DNA of 64,000 nt from the human T2T-CHM13v2.0 reference genome, Homo sapiens. The stretch lies in the NCBI RefSeq assembly GCF_009914755.1, contig NC_060927.1. The stretch is one strand, 5' to 3'. The notes under the pieces are model-generated. The model made no database searches. It saw only the letters and a list, made by a program, of their open reading frames with translations, and was not told the DNA's origin. Positions within the stretch are counted from its first letter, which is position 1. Each line of letters starts with the position of its first letter. The position numbers were made by a program, and so were the translations under genes. Shown piece after piece: positions 62,943 to 64,000 of the stretch.

Positions 62943-64000
62943 GTATCAATTACATGTGCAGACTATTTATATATGTACTCATTCACAATATAATCACATT
63001 TTAAAAAATCATTCAAAACTTATTTTTCCAACAAAAACAAAACAATCACAAAAACAAATTATTGCTTAAAATTATGTTTAGTGAACTTAAATTTAAAATT
63101 TTTCTTTTTGAGAAAAGAGCACTTAACTGCTAGATATTTATTTAGATACAATCAACATTTGTTTCAGTACTTGGCATAACTAATGATAGATCTGACTAAT
63201 TTTTGTAGGTGAATAATAACATTTAAATCATTTTTACTTAATTCTAAAACCCAAGTCACACCCAGAAGTGCTGAGAATCAAACATAAACAATATCCCCAA
63301 GACAGCAGTGGCACACAGGCCCCCTCTTGCAGCATGACGTCACGATCTTGTATAAGATTTTTACCCCCATTGAAAACGCACAATGCAGAGCCGCCAAAAG
63401 GTCTTGGGTCTGTGATGGGATTTGAGAGAAAAGGAGCACAGGAGGTGGCGAGCATGACTCTTTAGATGAGTATACTCCTGATGTGCACAGTTGAGCCTTT
63501 CCCTCTGACTGCCAAACAGTTCAGAAAGCTGTAAGCTGAGACAGTCTTTGGTTTATTTTGGTGTTAACCAAGATGAACCTGTAGTCTTTGCTTTTGATTA
63601 TCCTTGTAGGGGAGAATAATTCCCTAGTTCCCCACTGAACATGTATTTTCCAGTTGCTTTGAGTTTCATTCATTTAACAAACTTTTACTGAATACCTCTT
63701 CTTGGCCTGGAGCTTGAAATGCAGTTATAAAAGATTTTTGACGAGTACCGATTGAGGACACTAGCTGATTCTGCTTCTGTCACTCCTGCCTGTCTCATGA
63801 CAATCTGGGCCACACAGATGGCAGATCTCTGTTTTTAATGTTACATTCTGGCTGTCGTGAGTCATCAGGAAATTCATTCATTTCAATAGCTTCTCTGTGA
63901 ATAACACTAGCATTGGCTTACTCTTCTGCATTTGTAATTCAGAACAATATTTTAGAGATAGTCATGGAGGTATGTTTTATTTCAGCAATCAGAAAACTTG

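Overview
Primate, almost certainly human, genomic DNA; the gene pair points to chr3q13.33 (recalled, not derived). It holds the complete COX17 gene on the minus strand (2 coding exons plus a 3'UTR exon) and CFAP91/MAATS1 exons 1-8 on the plus strand. All CFAP91 junctions are GT-AG and keep the frame (1018 nt cumulative CDS). The two genes diverge across about 25.7 kb that is mostly retroelements. These include a decayed but nearly complete class I provirus (MER83-like LTRs, tRNA-Leu PBS, gag-pro-pol-env) with a full-length THE1 and six Alus nested inside, plus several solo LTRs. I see no evidence of a wholly new biological system. The best leads are an SVA2-type VNTR retroposon with perfect TSDs, an in-frame cassette exon that would break the COX17 twin CX9C motif, a cascade of nested inverted repeats at 28.2-28.5 kb, a tandem NF-kB/AP-1/CCAAT LTR module upstream of CFAP91, and a perfect CRE in CFAP91 intron 8 that may mark an internal testis promoter. 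Repeat subfamily names come from memory of consensus sequences and need Dfam confirmation.
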